DNA of 64,000 nt, from positions 32,001 through 96,000 of the forward strand of contig CBDFFH010000043.1 in NCBI GenBank assembly GCA_965246715.1, given 5' to 3'. This document shows, one piece after another, positions 60,871 to 64,000 of this stretch. The notes under the pieces are model-generated. The model was not told the DNA's origin, searched no databases, and saw only the letters and a program-made list of their open reading frames with translations. A program made the translations under genes and the position numbers. The DNA comes from Chamaesiphon sp. GTDB taxonomy: Bacteria > Cyanobacteriota > Cyanobacteriia > Cyanobacteriales > Chamaesiphonaceae. The stretch's first letter is position 1, and each line of letters opens with the position of its first letter.

Positions 60871-63528
60871 ATGTCAACTCTCGTCATCGTCGAATCACCC
60901 ACTAAAGCGCGCACCATCAGTAAGTTTTTGCCATCGAGTTATGTCGTGAAAGCTTCGATGGGGCACGTCCGGGATCTGCCACCATCGGCAGAAGAAATTC
61001 CCCCTGAATATAAATCCCAGAAGTGGGCAAACCTGGGGATCGATGTGGAGTCTGGGTTTGCGCCTTTATATATCATTCCCAAAGACAAGCGCAAGATCGT
61101 GCAAGAATTGAAAACCGCGCTCAAAGGTGCCGACGAACTGATCCTCGCGACGGACGAAGATCGTGAGGGTGAAAGTATCAGTTGGCACCTATTGCAGCTC
61201 CTCAATCCCAAAGTACCGACAAAACGGATGGTATTCCACGAGATTACCAAAGAAGCGATCCAGAAGGCATTGAAAAATTGTCGCAATATCGACGAACAAA
61301 TCGTTCATGCTCAGGAAACCCGCCGGATTCTCGATCGATTGGTGGGTTATACACTTTCACCCTTACTCTGGCGGAAAATCGCTGGGGGGTTATCAGCTGG
61401 GCGCGTGCAATCAGTTGCCGTGCGGTTGTTAGTCATGAAAGAACGCCAGCGGCGGGCATTTAAGTCAGCGCAATATTGGGATTTGAAAGCATTACTCGCC
61501 CACAATAAAGCCGAATTTGACTCGAAACTAGTCACTGTAGATGGTACCAAAATCGCGACAGGTGCCGATTTCGATCCGAATACCGGAAATTTACTAGCAG
61601 GGAAAAAAGTCAAAGTCCTTAACGGGGCAGAAGCTACCGCGCTCAAAGAAAACCTCAAGGGTAAAACTTGGACGGTAACGGGATTGGAAGAAAAGCCCGT
61701 CACGCGCAAACCATCACCCCCATTTACCACCTCCACGCTCCAACAAGAATCCAACCGGAAGCTGCGATTGTCCGCGCGGGAAACCATGCGCGTGGCACAG
61801 AGCTTGTACGAGCAGGGCTATATTACTTACATGCGGACGGATTCGGTGCATTTATCCGAACAAGCGATCGATGCTGCGCGGGCTTGCGTATTAGAAAAAT
61901 ATGGCTCAGAATATCTCAGCCCCAAACCTCGCCAATACTCGACCAAATCTAAGGGTGCCCAAGAAGCTCACGAAGCTATTCGTCCCGCTGGGAGCAGCTT
62001 CCGCACCCCCAAGGAAACCGGACTCTCTGCCAAGGAATTGCAACTTTATGACTTGGTATGGAAACGGACGGTAGCTTCCCAAATGGCCGATGCGCGGCAA
62101 ACCCAGCTCAGCGTCGATTTACAGGTCGAGAATGCTGGCTTTCGTTCATCCGGTAAGCGGATCGATTTTGCTGGCTACCTACGGGCATATGTCGAAGGAT
62201 CTGACGATCCTAATGCAGCGATCGAAGACCAAGAAATCATCCTGCCAGCATTAGTCAAAGGCGATCGTCCCGATTGTAAAAAACTCGACGCGATCGCTCA
62301 TGAAACCCAACCACCCGCACGCTATACCGAAGCCTCCCTTGTTAAGATGCTCGAAAGTGAAGGAATCGGTCGTCCGAGTACTTATGCCAGCATCATCGGG
62401 ACGATAATCGATCGGGGCTACGCTCAACTCCAAAGCAATGCCCTCGTGCCGAGTTTTACCGCCTTTGCGGTGACTGCTTTACTCGAAAAACATTTTCAGG
62501 ATTTAGTCGATCCGAGTTTTACCGCGCGGATGGAACAAACGCTCGATGATATCTCGACTGGGACGACCCAGTGGTTGCCGTACTTAGAGAAATTTTATTT
62601 AGGTGAAAAAGGCTTAGAAAACCAAGTCAAGCAAGGTTTTACCGATATCGATGCAACTTTAGCACGGACGATCGCCTTAGATAATCTCGATGTCAAAGTG
62701 CGGATCGGTAAATTTGGAGCATTTATCGAAACCGAATCCGGTAATGCTTCGATTCCGAAAGATCTCACCCCTGCCGATCTCGTACCAGAAACGATCGAGA
62801 TGTTGCTCAAACAAAAGAGCAGTACCCCCGATACCCTTGGCAATCATCCCGAAACTGGCGAACCGATCTATCCGAAATTAGGCCCATTTGGCCCCTATGT
62901 GCAATTGGGCGATAAGGATGAACAGAGCAAGAAAAAACCCAAACAATCATCGCTTCCCAAAGGGATGAAACTCGAAGATGTCACCCTCGAAATCGCCGTC
63001 GAACTACTCAAACTCCCGCGCAGCTTGGGCGTTCATCCTGAAACTGGTGGAAAACTCCAGACTAACTTGGGTAGATTCGGGCCGTATATTTTGTACGATC
63101 GCGGCAAGGAGGGGAAAGAATATCGCTCTCTCAAAGCACCCGATGATGTACTCACTGTTAGCTTAGAACGTGCGGTGGCAATCTTAGCCGAACCCAAGGC
63201 AGTACGCGGCGCACGGGGCAGTAAAGAACCCCTGCGAGTCATCGGCACCCATCCCGACGATAACCAACCCGTAGCAATTTATGAAGGTCCTTACGGTAAA
63301 TATATCAAGCACGACAAAACGAATGCTGGGATACCTGAAGGCGAGACGGTAGAAGGCATCAGCCTCGAAACTGCCCTCAGTCTATTAGTAGCAAAAGGTG
63401 GCACGGTTAAGAAAACAACCAAACGGGCAACCACTACCAAAAAAGCAACCACAACCAAAGCTAAAACCACCACTACCAAAAAGACAACTACTGCTAAAAA
63501 AACGACTACTAAATCCAAATCTAGTTAA
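60871..63528 (+). CDS. topA: DNA topoisomerase I with Lys/Thr-rich tail
   Basis: IVESPTKA, ATDEDREGE, SAGRVQS, ITYMRTDS. Confidence 0.98.
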   Translation: MSTLVIVESPTKARTISKFLPSSYVVKASMGHVRDLPPSAEEIPPEYKSQKWANLGIDVESGFAPLYIIPKDKRKIVQELKTALKGADELILATDEDREGESISWHLLQLLNPKVPTKRMVFHEITKEAIQKALKNCRNIDEQIVHAQETRRILDRLVGYTLSPLLWRKIAGGLSAGRVQSVAVRLLVMKERQRRAFKSAQYWDLKALLAHNKAEFDSKLVTVDGTKIATGADFDPNTGNLLAGKKVKVLNGAEATALKENLKGKTWTVTGLEEKPVTRKPSPPFTTSTLQQESNRKLRLSARETMRVAQSLYEQGYITYMRTDSVHLSEQAIDAARACVLEKYGSEYLSPKPRQYSTKSKGAQEAHEAIRPAGSSFRTPKETGLSAKELQLYDLVWKRTVASQMADARQTQLSVDLQVENAGFRSSGKRIDFAGYLRAYVEGSDDPNAAIEDQEIILPALVKGDRPDCKKLDAIAHETQPPARYTEASLVKMLESEGIGRPSTYASIIGTIIDRGYAQLQSNALVPSFTAFAVTALLEKHFQDLVDPSFTARMEQTLDDISTGTTQWLPYLEKFYLGEKGLENQVKQGFTDIDATLARTIALDNLDVKVRIGKFGAFIETESGNASIPKDLTPADLVPETIEMLLKQKSSTPDTLGNHPETGEPIYPKLGPFGPYVQLGDKDEQSKKKPKQSSLPKGMKLEDVTLEIAVELLKLPRSLGVHPETGGKLQTNLGRFGPYILYDRGKEGKEYRSLKAPDDVLTVSLERAVAILAEPKAVRGARGSKEPLRVIGTHPDDNQPVAIYEGPYGKYIKHDKTNAGIPEGETVEGISLETALSLLVAKGGTVKKTTKRATTTKKATTTKAKTTTTKKTTTAKKTTTKSKSS

Positions 63529-63864
63529 GCAATGTCACTCGACTAACACTTATTGAGTTGCAGCAACTCGAATACATTAAAGGTCGATATTTTCTCAACC
63601 ATTCGATCGAATAATTTGAATCGGTCGAATGGTTTGCTTGGCAATTTGCCCTTCACATTTGGTGAAAACTTATTAATTTAATGGCAACAGAAGTCATAGG
63701 ATCTAAAATAGACGATCTCGATCGGTCAATGGATGATTGGTTCGTAAATTTGTTCGATCGAAATATCCACCTGTCACTAACTCAATCATAAAGCCACTGA
63801 AGTTTGCAGGAAATAGCCGCAAAGCTGTGCTGACTAGATCTCTAGCATAGTAGCCTTTAGTTAT

Positions 63865-64000
63865 ATGAAAATTCTGCTGGTAGAAGATGATGATGCATCA
63901 ATTGCCCTATTAAGTCGCAGTTTGAGCGGTCAACATTATATAGTCGATGCAGTCAAGGATGGAGAAATGGGGTGGACTTATGCCACCACCTTTGAATATG
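63865..64000 (+). CDS. Response regulator receiver domain (runs off window)
   Basis: MKILLVEDDD...YIVDAVKDGEMGW. Confidence 0.8.
   Translation, partial: MKILLVEDDDASIALLSRSLSGQHYIVDAVKDGEMGWTYATTFEY

Noticed and set aside
63400..63528. Low-complexity repeat at the end of topA
   Set aside because: Ordinary Lys/Thr-rich C-terminal tail of cyanobacterial TopA

Overview
Cyanobacterial chromosomal segment. CGATCG/HIP1-like sites are very dense and the gene set is cyanobacterial; a Chamaesiphon-like host is an inference. The backbone is housekeeping: hpnH (partial), ado, ABC permease, rimP-nusA-ylxR, dusA, ndhH, pyrB, mgtE, a PatA/CheY/CheW/2xMCP/CheA cluster, purF, uxs-ugd-wzc, peroxiredoxin, spp and topA. 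Two accessory loci stand out. (1) 2117-11584: an IscB-type omega/HEARO-like RNA lacking its nuclease gene, followed by four group II introns nested inside one another. Each inner intron sits in or just after domain V of the previous one, and putative EBS/IBS pairings are visible for all four. The 3' flank is a headless histidine kinase, not the expected exon. (2) 24531-29679: a Ro60/TROVE locus with an array of five tRNAs (Lys-UUU, Asp-GUC, Asn-GUU, Gln-UUG, Glu-UUC) and four tRNA-shaped RNAs whose anticodon arm is replaced by a Y-RNA-like Ro-binding module in circularly permuted topology, followed by an uncharacterised Cys/His-motif protein and rsr. An intact IS1, several MITE families, in-frame small repeats and palindrome-associated local duplications are also present. 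All calls come from manual reading; no searches were run.
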